A stretch of 64,000 bases of DNA from Octopus sinensis. Lineage: Eukaryota. The notes under the pieces are model-generated. The model saw only the letters and a program-made list of their open reading frames with translations. It did not search any database and was not told the DNA's origin. The stretch is taken from NCBI RefSeq assembly GCF_006345805.1, contig NC_043022.1, forward strand, positions 806,001 to 870,000, written 5' to 3'. A program made the translations under genes and the position numbers. Below, in pieces: positions 1 to 55,900 of this stretch (positions are counted from its first letter, which is position 1; each line of letters begins with the position of its first letter).

Positions 1-102
1 GCAAGACGCAACAAAAATTTTTGGAAAATAAAAATAAGAAATAAGTGGAAATTTTACCGGTGAGAGTGTGTTACATTAAAATGACTCTCCCCAGACACAA
101 CA

Positions 103-139
<37 letters not shown>

Positions 140-143
<4 letters not shown>

Positions 144-415
144 TATATATAGTTAATCCAAACAAGAAAGCACAAAAAAACACAACAACGCGAGGACGTG
201 GAACAAATATAGTAGTATTGGACGCTCAGGAAAGAAGGAGGGTTTAACGTTTCGAGTGGAGCTCTTTTTCGGAAACATAGGAGAAGGAAAGACAGAGGAA
301 AAAAAATCGCCAACGGTACACACGAGGTCACATTTTGAAAGACCGGAAGGAAAAGGGTGAAGAAATATGTTTTCAAAGATAGAAGAGTAGTATAGTCAAA
401 GACAGCAGAATGGTA
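140..415 (-). mobile_element. Penelope-like element terminal remnant with a degenerate hammerhead motif
   Basis: Minus-strand UUU-CCGAAAA-A-GAG/CUC-GAA-ACGU-U-AAA at 243-275; shares the cagaatggtatatat end with the element near 16000-16260. Confidence 0.55.
243..275 (-). ncRNA. Minimal type I hammerhead ribozyme, degenerate (U4C, G8A)
   Basis: Stem I UUU/AAA, core CCGAAAA, stem II GAG/CUC, GAA, palindromic stem III ACGU, GUU site. Confidence 0.5.
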
Positions 416-419
416 TATA

Positions 420-1097
420 TATATATATATATAGGTAGGTAGGTAGGTAGGTAGATGGGTGGTGTAGTGGTTGAAATGTCTAACCCAGTGGTTCGTAAAC
501 TTTTTCAGGCTGCTGCCCCCTTGATACCCACCCCATTATAGCCCCAATTTTTACATGAATCGCTACCCTATCATCACCCCACTTTTCTTCAATGCCCCCT
601 TAGAACTTTCCACTGTCCCCTTTGAGAACCACTGCAACCCATGATATCATATGATTGCAGTTTCAGTTCCTAGAGAGGGCATCATTGTGGTGTCCTTGAA
701 CAAGGTCCTTCACTTCACATTGCCCCAGTCTACTCATTTGTAAATGGTTGCTGACCTAAGTGCAGGTGCGGCCTTTGCCCCATCCTTCTCTCAGATCCTG
801 GCCATTGCACTCAATGGAGAGTGAGGGAGAGCAAGAGGGCGTCTGTCTCTGCCCTTCACTATAGAGGCATTTGGAACAATTAACAAAAGCACAATAAATG
901 CTGTCAAGTCATTGATCACTCACGAGTGATGACTGGTTGTTGATGACATGATATATTTGCATATATTAACATCCTGTACGACACACAGTTCCCCATAGAA
1001 CTGTATATATATATATATGAAATCTTCACATCCTGTATGACTTGCTTGGTTGCACATGATACTATCATGTACATGTGTATATATCTGTGTGTGCATG

Positions 1098-1133
<36 letters not shown>

Positions 1134-2214
1134 GACACACATTTATGTATTTATTTATATACCTCAACATCCTGTACAACAGACACAGGGGTATGTGGTT
1201 ATATGTGTGCACGTGTATCTGTTTATATATATGTGTGTATATGTATATATATATGTATGTATGTATATATATATATATGTATATATATATATGTATGTGT
1301 GTGTGTGTGTATATATATATATATGTATGTATGTATATATATATGTATGTATATATATGTATATATATATGTATGTATATATATATGTATATATATATAT
1401 ATATAGGTAGGTAGGTAGGTAGGTAGATGGGTGGTGTAGTGGTTGAAATGTCTAACCCAGTGGTTCGTAAACTTTTTCAGGCTGCTGCCCCCTTGATACC
1501 CACCCCATTATAGCCCCAATTTTTACATGAATCGCTACCCTATCATCACCCCACTTTTCTTCAATGCCCCCTTAGAACTTTCCACTGTCCCCTTTGAGAA
1601 CCACTGCAACCCATGATATCATATGATTGCAGTTTCAGTTCCTAGAGAGGGCATCATTGTGGTGTCCTTGAACAAGGTCCTTCACTTCACATTGCCCCAG
1701 TCTACTCATTTGTAAATGGTTGCTGACCTAAGTGCAGGTGCGGCCTTTGCCCCATCCTTCTCTCAGATCCTGGCCATTGCACTCAATGGAGAGTGAGGGA
1801 GAGCAAGAGGGCGTCTGTCTCTGCCCTTCACTATAGAGGCATTTGGAACAATTAACAAAAGCACAATAAATGCTGTCAAGTCATTGATCACTCACGAGTG
1901 ATGACTGGTTGTTGATGACATGATATATTTGCATATATTAACATCCTGTACGACACACAGTTCCCCATAGAACTGTATATATATATATATGAAATCTTCA
2001 CATCCTGTATGACTTGCTTGGTTGCACATGATACTATCATGTACATGTGTATATATCTGTGTGTGCATGCATGTGTGTGTGTGTGGTGTGTGTGTGTGTG
2101 TAAAGACACACATTTATGTATTTATTTATATACCTCAACATCCTGTACAACAGACACAGGGGTATGTGGTTATATGTGTGCACGTGTATCTGTTTATATA
2201 TATGTGTGTATATG

Positions 2215-2261
<47 letters not shown>

Positions 2262-2322
2262 GTATATATATATATATGTATGTATGTATATATATATGTA
2301 TGTATATATATGTATATATATA

Positions 2323-2360
<38 letters not shown>
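420..2360. repeat. Tandem duplication, unit about 972 bp, two near-identical copies bounded by (TA)n/(TAGG)n
   Basis: 481-960 reads identically to 1453-1932 (offset 972); the differences seen are in microsatellite tracts. Confidence 0.95.
486..634. mobile_element. hAT/Charlie-like MITE (second copy at 1458-1606)
   Basis: Termini CAGTGGTTC ... GAACCACTG. Confidence 0.65.
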
Positions 2361-2373
<13 letters not shown>

Positions 2374-2569
2374 TGACATCCTGTACGACATGTGCATTTG
2401 CATGCAGAGCTGTATCAACCAGCCAATCATGAAGCACAATATACTACACAAATTGTTTTAATCATTAACCTTTTCCTCTATCCTTTATATATATATATGC
2501 ATGCACACACACACACAGGAAAATAGAACCCCAAATATGAGTATATGTATACACGCATGCACGCACACA

Positions 2570-2778
2570 CAAGGGGGGTGCTGAAAAGTCCCTGGCTTCT
2601 AAAGGTATTACAAAAGGCCTGGTTGGAGGCCCAACCTTTCCAGTTCTTTTACAGAGCTTAGAAAGAGCGAAGGACTGCTGTGAATCTCAGAAGGGATTAT
2701 ATTGGAGAAAATCATAATTAACCGATCCTCCTGGATTTTCTTTTACCCAAAGCCAGGATCTTTTCAGCACCTCCCTCG
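2570..2778. mobile_element. Tc1/mariner-like MITE
   Basis: Imperfect TIRs gggggtgctgaaaagtccctggctt / aagccaggatcttttcagcacctccc. Confidence 0.7.
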
Positions 2779-3254
2779 TGTGTGTGTGTGTTTGTCTTTG
2801 TGTGTACATATCTTTTTATTTAATCAACAGAAGTTAAAAAGTAACTCAGGGGCCAAATTTTTGTACAGCAGCACTTAGGCGGATATTAAAAGATGATGGT
2901 AACTGGCTCTCTGTCGGTCATGATGACGTGTGTGCTGGTTGATCTGATCAATGGGACAGCCAGCTCATGAAATTAACATGCATGTGGTTGAACGCTCCAC
3001 AGACACGCATACCCTTAATGTAATTCTCATGGAGATTCACCACGACACAGAATGTGACAAGGCTGACCCTCTGAATTACAAATACAACTCATTTTTGCCA
3101 GCTGAGTGGACTAGAGCAATGTAAAATGAAGTGTCTTGCTCAAGGACACAACATGCAGTCGGGAATGGAACTCCTGCCCTTACTGCCATGAGCTAAATAG
3201 TCTAACCACGAAGCCATGCACCTTCCACTGTATATAATAAATATATGTTACATA

Positions 3255-3590
3255 TGAAGGTGAATGGATCAGTAGTCAGAGCATCAGGCTCACAATCAGG
3301 AGGTAGTGAGTTCCATTCCTGGATTGGGCTGTGTGTTGTGTTCTTGAGCAAGACACTTTATTTCACATTGCTCCAGTTCACTCAACTGTAGAAATGAGTT
3401 GCGATGTCACTAGTGCCAAGCTGTATCGGCCCCTTTGCATTTCCCTTGGATAACACCGGTGGCGTGGAGAAGGGAGGCTTGTATGCATGGGTGACCACTG
3501 GTCTTCCATAAACAACCTTGCCTGGACTTGTGCTGTGGATGGAGAGCTTTTTAGGTGCAAACCCATGACCAAAAGAGGTCTTTATCCTTT
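3255..3590 (+). mobile_element. tRNA-derived SINE, family shared with 10088-10425
   Basis: tRNA-like head with B-box-like gagttc; body ttcttgagcaagacactttatttc...ccataaacaaccttg shared between copies. Confidence 0.75.
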
Positions 3591-4395
3591 ACCCTTACAT
3601 ATATAATGCAAAACCACCCTGCTGACTGTGATAGTCAATAAAATAGAAATGAAATTTTAAAATTTATTCTTTTTTGTTTGGCCTGGTACCAAATGATATA
3701 CAACCCAACACTGATCTGCAGTTTGGTTTTCAGGGCCTTTACAATCGGGGAGTTTTGATCAAGTAGCCCTATAATCAAAGATGTGGTAGCATTGGCCATC
3801 CCATGGTTTTGTATACCTTGAAGTACATTATCCAAAGTGTCCTTTTTTTTTAAGGCAGTAGGATGTGATTGTAGAGACATTTTATTGCTATTTCTAGCAG
3901 AATGAATGATCACTTAGGGACTGATTCTTTCTCTCTCTCTCTCTCTCTCTGGCTTAAATTCAGTTATTTATTAACCATCAAAGTAGGCGATTTGCTGAGC
4001 TTATAACTATTTTACCATTGAAAACTGTGAAGGCATTTAGCATTCAGTGTCAGCCTGGGTAATTGAAGTTACTTGCTGTGAAGGGAAAAGAAACAGGGGA
4101 AAACAATTTTAAAGAAACATTATAAAAATCCATAGAATTTGTTTTCACTACCATGTGGAGCTTAAGTATTGAAATTTCTGAAAACTGTTATGAAAAATAA
4201 ATTACAAAAAATGAGAAAGAGATTTTGTTACTTCAATATGTTTTCTCATTCAAAACCATTCAATAACTGTGCCGTATGGTGGTCCATGTTATTTTGTCTA
4301 GTTAAAATTCCTGACAGATTTACACCAACCATCGTAGCATGGGTGAGGCTTGTCTTTATTTGCTGCATTCATCAAATTAAGCTGAGTTGACATTT

Positions 4396-4440
4396 CTGCC
4401 TGATGAGAGGTCAATAAGTCCTGAAACCAGGGCTTAGTAG
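4396..4440 (+). ncRNA. Degenerate type I hammerhead motif, same family as 38583-38627
   Basis: CUGC-CUGAUGA-G-AGG/CCU-GAAA...UUA-GUAG; stem III no longer pairs. Confidence 0.4.
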
Positions 4441-4716
4441 ATATAAACCTATACACACACATCCGTTCTACACACAGACATTATCTCTCTCTCTCTTAAC
4501 TCATACACACTTTAATCCTTTTGTTACTATATTTCTGTTGAAATACCCGGCTTTCATTTCAATTCATTTTTAAAATAATGAAGAATTTAGAAGAATGACT
4601 TTGTCATTATCATGTTGGTGTTTTGAACATAAATTAACAAGGAATTTTGATGTAAGGTTTGAGTCAAGAAGTTTGCATCATAGAACCAAGGACAGTCTTG
4701 GGTGGGTTGGTATTAA

Positions 4717-4933
4717 CCCTTTAGTATTCGGATTATCCTGTCAAATGTAATATGTATTTATTGATATTGTTTTGAATTAATCCTGTATTATCTCATAACT
4801 GAGATTTTGATGGTGTGAGTGTTTATTTTTATAGTGACATTGTGGGGTAGGTTTGAGAGGCCTGATCTAGCTAGTTTGAACCTAAAACAGGAGGAGATTT
4901 GGGGTGGATATGGCTAGATTAAATGCTAAAGGA
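4717..4933. mobile_element. piggyBac-like (TTAA-flanked) MITE, family A
   Basis: ttaa|CCCTTTAG ... CTAAAGGA|ttaa; homologous to 10855-11072 and 31278-31498. Confidence 0.7.
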
Positions 4934-4959
4934 TTAAACAAGTTAAAATTCTACCTTTG

Positions 4960-5260
4960 TACACACAGGCATTAGCTGCATCTTAACTTACACATACACG
5001 TCATAAGTTATCTCTTAAGGTTATCTTAGCATAACAGGATATTAGTTGTATCTTAATTAACACACACGCACATCTTAAAGTTATGTCTTATCATGCACAT
5101 GGTCATTAGCTGCATATTTAAACTCTCCTCTCATATCTTAAGGTTATCTCTTAGCACAGTAGGACATAGGTTGTCTTAATTTGCATGCACACATGTCTTA
5201 AGGTTCAGTCTTAGCTCAGACAGGCAGTACCTATATCTTAATCTATTCACTTGGACATCT
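4960..5260. repeat. Degenerate minisatellite, period about 60 bp
   Basis: Recurrent tcttaaggttat...cttagca...cagg...cattagctg(c)atcttaa. Confidence 0.55.
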
Positions 5261-6929
5261 TAAAATTCTAATGTGTGCAGAGTGGAGTATAGCTATTGAC
5301 TGTGTGTGTGTGTGTAAGTGTTATCTTAGCACATACAAACATTGGTTCTCTTCTTTTTTTATTATTGGCTTAGACAAAGGAGGAAGACCATCCCTCTCCC
5401 CAAGATCTCTGAGATTAACTGGGAGCAGAGGAAGAAAGAAGCCACCCCTGAGGCATCACTGCATTAGGGTGTTGTGGACCAAAGATCCTTAGTTAACATC
5501 AGAGCAAAGCCCTTTTTTGAATACTTGACTGAGTATTCCAATTAGAATGGTACACAAGAACAGAAACAGTCAGACGGGCTTCCATGCAGTTTCCACGCTT
5601 CAAGGTTCACTCGTGAAACTTTGATTGATCTGAGCATATGATAGAAGACACTCAATCAAAGTGCTGAACTATGAAATTGAACCTGGGACCACATTGTTGT
5701 GAAGCAATGTTATTAACCACACAGGCATACATGCACCCATAATCATTTATTACGCTCATCTCAAGGTTATATCTGAGCACCCACACACACACACATGGAA
5801 CCTATCCTAATCTTATTCTCAGTTTTAGGATCTGTCTTAACACAAATCTACAAATCCTCAGCTCATACATGTATTTACTACTCAGGTCATAATCTCCATG
5901 TGGTACTACATGTAGTATAACCACTTGTAGCTTCATGTAGTGTAATGCCATGTGGTACCCTATGTGTCATAACCCCATGCAATGCTACATGTCATCACAA
6001 ATCCATGTATGACTATAAGGTTAAAACAAAGGATGAAATGTCCTTCCTGAGCCCTAGGTTTATAAGGCCACTTTCCCAGATTCTGTGGCATGTATGTTCC
6101 CCACCCCAGTCTGTCACAGGATGACTCGTCCTTTGCCAGCTGAGTGGACTGGGGCGATGTGAATAAAGTGTCTTGCTCAAGAACACAACAGGGAGTTTGG
6201 TCTGGAATTGAACTCACTAACTCATAATTGTGAGCTCACTGCTCTAACCACTGAGCCATGCACCTTCAGTAGTAATTGCAGTAGTATAGTATTGTACTAC
6301 TATTACTAATACTACTACTACCACTACTACTACTACTACAAAGATGGTGAGCTGGCAGAATGGTTAGCACACTGGGCAGGATGCTCAGCAACATTTCATC
6401 AGTGTTTGCATTCTGAGTTCAAATTCCACTGAGGTCAACTTTGCCTGTCATCCTTTCAGGGTCGTTAAATTAAGTACCAGTTAAATACTGGGGTCTATGT
6501 AATCGACTTAACCCTCCCCCAAAATTGCTGGCCTTGTGCCTAAATTTGAAACCAATACTACTACTACCACTGCTGCTGCTGCTACTGTCATTACTACATG
6601 GTACCATGACATAACCTTATGTATTATGTCTACATGCTATGACATAATGCCATGTAATATTACCACTACTACCATTCCATGTTATATCAGCCCACATAGA
6701 GCTGAACAATTGTGTCTGCTGTACAATGATTATTCCCCCCAACCAGACCCATCCCCACCCCCTGTACCACCACCCACCCACCCCCTCCACCCCGTCTATT
6801 TCTATTTCCATTCTTTACACTTCAATTACACTCAACTACTTCATTAGCTTCAAAATCAATATTTCACCCAACATCATCATCATCATCATCATTACCAACA
6901 GCACCAGCACTGTTCTAAATTTCGTTCTA

Positions 6930-6986
<57 letters not shown>

Positions 6987-7584
6987 CTCTCTCTCTACCC
7001 CCCTTCTGTTTCTTACTTTGTCTATTTCCCTCTTCCTTTTCTAATTCTTGCTCAAACCAACCCCTTCTCTCTATCTCTCTCGTATGTATATCCAAGTGTG
7101 TGTGTGTGTGTGTGTGTGAGTCAGTTATCCCCTGTGTGTGTGTGTGTTGCCTTCTTCGTCTCACTCTTTCTACCCCTTCAGTTCCCTCTCCTCTTCCTCT
7201 CTCTCTCTCCCCCCTCCTACCCTTCATTCAATCACGAAACTAAAAGGTATTTCCCAAAATAAAGACACTTTCTCAAAAGCTGCTCTATTTTCAAATACAG
7301 TCAAGAGTAAAAGCAAAAAAACAAAAGAAAGCAAAAGCAAACACAATGCAAGACACATTTGTATCTGATGAACAACTTTAATATGGAGTTGTAGTTTGTT
7401 GAGCAAATTGCTTCAGGCCCATTTCATCCGTCTTCACGTTCTGAATTCAAATTCCGCCTGAGGTCGACTTTGCCCTTTATCCATCCAGGGTCAATGAACT
7501 AAGTACCAGTTGAATACTGGGGTAAATGTCATTGACTTACCTCACTCCCCCCAAACTTATTGGTCTTCTGCCAAAATTTGAAAC

Positions 7585-7641
<57 letters not shown>

Positions 7642-8407
7642 GGTAACAAGCTGGCAGAATTGTTAGCATGCTGGGCAAAATGTTTAGCAGTATGTCCAGA
7701 TTCTGCTGAGGTTGGCTTCCTCCATCCATCCTTTCAATCATTTGGATGTGGCCATGCTGGAGCACTGCCTTGATGGGGGTTTTTTAGTCAAACAAACTGA
7801 TCCCGGGAGTTATTCTTTGTAAGCCTATTACTTATACTATCGCACTCTTTTGCTGAACCACTAAGTCACAGGGACATAAACATACCAACACCAGTTGTCA
7901 AGCTGTGATGGAGGGACAAACACACACACACACACAGATATATGCATACATACACGATGGACTTCTTTCAGTTTCCGTCTACCAAATCCACTCACAAGAC
8001 ATTGGTCAGCCCAAGGCTATATAGTAAAAGACACTTGCCCAAGGTGCCACACAGTGGGACTGAACCCAGAACCTTGTGTCTATGTATCTTTTATCTTTTA
8101 CTTGTTTTTAGTCAACACATGCACACATACTATAAAGAGGCTTCCAGACAAATTCCTTCAACCAAATTTTACTCACAAGGCATTGGTCAATCCAAATCTA
8201 TGACAGCAGAAGACAGCTAACATAGTAAGGTACCATGTAAAGGTACCTTAGTACCCACATTATTGGGATGAAGCAGAGGTTGTTTTCACAAGGGAAGCTG
8301 TGGTCTTATTTTGTGGGACTTTTTTTTGGCTTTTTTTTGCAGAATTCCTGCAGCAAATGTTAAATTCTTTTCTCTATCTCTCTTCCTTTTCTTTCCTTTC
8401 ATTCCAG

Positions 8408-51630
<43,223 letters not shown>

Positions 51631-52272
51631 AAGCACTGTTCTCCTTAGCAAAAAACGGCGGCGCTAGAGACTTCTAGATTGGAAATAATGTTGCCAACCA
51701 TTTCTAAACCCAGTGCAAGGGGGGGTGTAGGGGAAGAGGGGGGATGTTGGTGTTAATTCATTTTTGACCTCCACCCCACCCCCCTTGTCTTTCCACATCT
51801 CTTTCTTTCTGTCTCTTTCTCTCGCTCTCCCATCACACCAAAGCAGCAAAAAGATGAAAAAAAAAAAAATGAATTAAAAAAAAATATATTGCAGACATGC
51901 ATTATATATGCAGTCACATAGACATATATATATATATATAGATATATATATATTATATATATATATATAGATGCTACAAAGTATTTATTTAAGAGTAACG
52001 TTTTTAGAAACCAGCCAATTTTAGTCGGCCAATGCAACTGGAAATCAAAGACCAACCCCCACCAAGAATTCATGTCTTGTTAATTAATTAATTAATAATA
52101 CTGGACTAATTTTGGGTGGGGGAGGTCAGAAATTTTTCCTTTTTTTTCTTTTCCTTTCTCCCTTTTCTTGTCTCGGTCGTCTTGTTTACTTTATTCTAAA
52201 TGTTAAAATTTTTTGTCTCACAAATGTGTGTGTGTGTGTATGTATATATAGGTGTATATATATTTATAGATG

Positions 52273-52303
<31 letters not shown>

Positions 52304-52386
52304 GGCAGTATTGTTCAACCAACAAATTAGAATTTTCTGTCAACTTCAGAAGAAACAGCATAAAAAAAGACACTTGTTGATATATG

Positions 52387-52417
<31 letters not shown>

Positions 52418-52559
52418 GCATATATGTGTGTGTATATATATGTATATATATACATACATATATATATGCATATATGTGTGTGTGTATATATATATGTATA
52501 CATACATATATATATATGCATATATGTGTGTGTATATATATGTATACATACATATATAT

Positions 52560-52610
<51 letters not shown>

Positions 52611-53733
52611 GATTCCTGTGCTGGTATTTAGATGATGCATTTTTCTTTGACAGAGAGAAGGAAAAAAATAGTCAGATGAGAAAAGATAGGAAATGGAACA
52701 AATTTGTACAAATGGTGAAAAATAATATATATATACATATATATGTATATATATATATATATATATATACAAAGAAAATATAACCTAAATTGTTTTCTTT
52801 TTGCAATGAAGTTTAACTACAAAACAACCCTTTTTTTCCCTCTTGTCTCTTGCACTCTCAAAATTGGAACCTTGTGGACAAGACTAACCAATTCTTCAGC
52901 TTGGTTTAAATGTTCACCAAATTGCTTCACTTCAACTCACTTTGAATATATTGAATCTCTTGTGTGTGTGTCTCTCTCTCTCTCTAACATTTCATCCAGA
53001 CCCCTTTCCTCCTCCCCCCCCCCCGCCAAAAAAAACTGCAATTTTTTTTTTTCGTCTTTTTGTCCCTCACCTTTTCCTCCTTTTGTCCCTCTTCCATAAT
53101 TTTTATCTTTATATCATATTTTTTTCTTTTAGTAGCCAGATTTTGGTAAAAAAGCAAAACAAAAAAAGAAATTTAGGATGAACATATCTTTGATTTCAGT
53201 ATTTTAGTCTTTTTTTTTTGTTATTTTTAAATTTTAAATCTTCACCTATCCTTCCCCCCTACCTCTCTCTCCCCTGGAAAACTATCACATGCAAAAAAAA
53301 AAGAAGAAAAAATTATTTTAAAATGTACTTAATTAAAAACTTTACTCCTCTAAAAAAAATGATTTTAAGAAAAACTATGTGCAAAATAATATGAAATTTA
53401 AGATGTAAGAGATAATAATAATATGGAAAAAGAAAAAAAAATTTTTTTGTCCTTGCAATTTTGACTTTATTGATTGAGAGAGACAGTAATTTGTGCTTTT
53501 TTTTTAAAGAAAAACAAACTTATTTATTATATTTTGAGACTGGGACACTGCAAAAATGGAAAGAAAGAAAGAATCTGAGAAAAAAAACGACTAGAAAATA
53601 TGGCGGGAAAAAAAAATGAAAAAAAATATTTGCTGGAAAAGATGTAATGTTTTAATGACAAAAAAAAAACAGTAAGGATTCAATGAAAATCTGAAACATA
53701 AAACAACTCACAAACAAACAAAAAATATTGATA

Positions 53734-53743
53734 AATAAATAAA
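53734..53743 (+). terminator. First AATAAA signals (tandem) downstream of the GRK stop; candidate poly(A) signal for a 3'UTR of about 2.1 kb
   Basis: ataaataaataaaa at 53731-53744; no earlier AATAAA seen after 51630. Confidence 0.4.
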
Positions 53744-54350
53744 ATTGTATTTGAAAGCCAAGGAGAGAAAAGAAAAAGAAAAGAATAACAAATGCCAATT
53801 TATAAGATTTCTTCTATATTTATATTTTAATTATAATGGATTTTTTTTTTTTGTCGACCTATCATGTGAAGATGTTAGAAATGATCTGGAAATTCGGGTT
53901 TTTTTGCAGTCTTTAGATTGAAAAAAAATTTGTAAAAGTGTATTATTTTAACAGCATCTACTACCAGCTTTTTATCATCAACACATATGTATATACATAT
54001 ATTATACACAGGCATACATACATTATATATATATATATATATATATTTAGTCCAACCCATGCTAGCGTGGAACTTGGATATTAAATAATAATGACATATA
54101 TATTTATTTAGCCCAGTCCATCCCAGCATGGATCATGGACATTAAATGGTGTTTATATATATATATATATATTCTCAGATATATATGTAGGTGTGATATA
54201 TAAAGTGTATGTGCATAATATGTATATATACATATATAAATATATCTGTGTTTGTATGTATGCATTCAGACATACTTTCATGCGCACACACATACACGCA
54301 ACGCAGATACACCTTATATTTCTGTATGTGTGTGTGTAATTGTATGTGTG

Positions 54351-54382
<32 letters not shown>

Positions 54383-54914
54383 CTTACATAATTACATCTT
54401 TAAACATACCTTATGATATATATTTATATATATATGTGCGGGTGTATGTGTGTGTGGGTGTATATACATACATGTCTATATATGTAAATTAGAGTTGACA
54501 AAGAATAAACGACCATAATTTAACTATTGCCATATAAAGTGGACCTTGCCGTGGATGTAGGTTCTAATCCATTATGGGAACTAGTCAAACTGACCCCTAT
54601 TTACTCTCAGTGATGTTCGATCATGCTAATTGTAAACACACACACACACACACACACACTTTCTTTGATTGATTCAATGTAGATTTTAGTTCCGTTCTTT
54701 TATCCCATTATTATTTGACTCGTGCTAATGTTTCCGCTTCATCTACTCCCTCCAGCCCTCATCATCATCATCATCATCATCAGCATCATCAATGCCATTT
54801 CCATAGCCCTCTGGGTTCTGTTCCCCCCACCCTTTCCACTCCTCCTCTGCCTCCCACCACCACCCCACCCTTCCACCTGTCACTTTCAGTTTATTATGAA
54901 AATCTGGTCCTCAA

Positions 54915-54968
<54 letters not shown>

Positions 54969-55329
54969 ATACACACATTGATTTCATTGTATTTGTTATA
55001 CAAGTGTTTTTTTTAGTTCAACTTTTAGACCTTTATTTTCATGCTGGAACCCTTCGCCCTCACCTTAATAATAATAATAATAATTGATAGAAAATTAGTG
55101 ATTCACTAAGAGACAACTGATAATTTTTTTCAGTCATAGGATTGTGGCCAGGGAGGAGCACTACCACCACCATTATTATTATTCATTTAATGTTTTTCCT
55201 TCAATGAAGAGATTTTAAACTTTGAGAGAAACAAAAACTTAATTTCAACAAGCATTGAAAAACCTTAATTCACACAAATTAAACTTTTAAGAGATCTTGA
55301 TAAATTATTATATAAAAAAAAATCTTTGA

Positions 55330-55900
55330 GTCACTAAATTAAGTACCAGTAAAATAGTGGGGCGGGGGGTCGATGTTATCAACTAGCCCCCTTCCACCAA
55401 ATTTCAGGCCTTGTGCCTATAGTAGGAAGGATTATTATTAAGGGGGCAAGCTGGCAGAATTGTTAGCATGGCAGGCAAAATGCTTGGTGGCATTTTGTCT
55501 TGACATTCTGAGATCAAATCCTGCCGAGGTCGACTTTGCCTTTCATCCTTTCACAGTCGATAAAATAAAGTACCAGTTGAACACTGGGGGTCAATGTAAT
55601 TGACTGTGCCCCCCCTCCCTTGCACCTGCTGGCCTTGTGCCAAAATTTGAAACCATTATTAGTATTATTATTATTGCATGCAAGGGAATTGGCAGAATCA
55701 TTAGTGTTGGACGAAATGCTTGGCAGTATTTCTTCCGACTCTTTACAGTCTGGGTTCAAATCCCACTGAGCCCAACTTTGTGTTTTATTCTTTAGGTGGT
55801 AGAGAGGGGGGGGCTGATAAATTAGAATCACAGTCAAGACTAGGGTAAATGTAACTGACTGACACACCCTTGCTCAAAATTGCTGGCCCAGAGCCTAAAC
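55330..55900 (+). mobile_element. Cluster of SINE copies downstream of the GRK stop codon
   Basis: Repeated aagtaccagt...ggggtcgatg...ggccttgtgcc and gctggcagaattgttagc. Confidence 0.7.

Noticed and set aside
916-2461. Many 70-150 aa ORFs rich in Y/I/C/V/H/T
   Set aside because: Translations of (TA)n, (TG)n and (CA)n microsatellites, which lack stops in some frames. The same applies to ORFs at 20800-21350, 42960-43360 and 52200-52780.
4311-4350. cctgacag|...ATGG|gtgagg micro-exon-like signal
   Set aside because: 25 nt with no GRK similarity, inside a repeat remnant next to a hammerhead motif.
7365-7400. CUGAUGA followed by a 6-bp hairpin (acaact/agttgt)
   Set aside because: No GAAA or stem III follows, and the 3' arm is the start of a SINE-like head, so it is not a hammerhead.
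1-8407. Upstream GRK exons (RH domain, e.g. the ...FCQWKN.ELN exon)
   Set aside because: Searched by eye and not found; they must lie 5' of the window.
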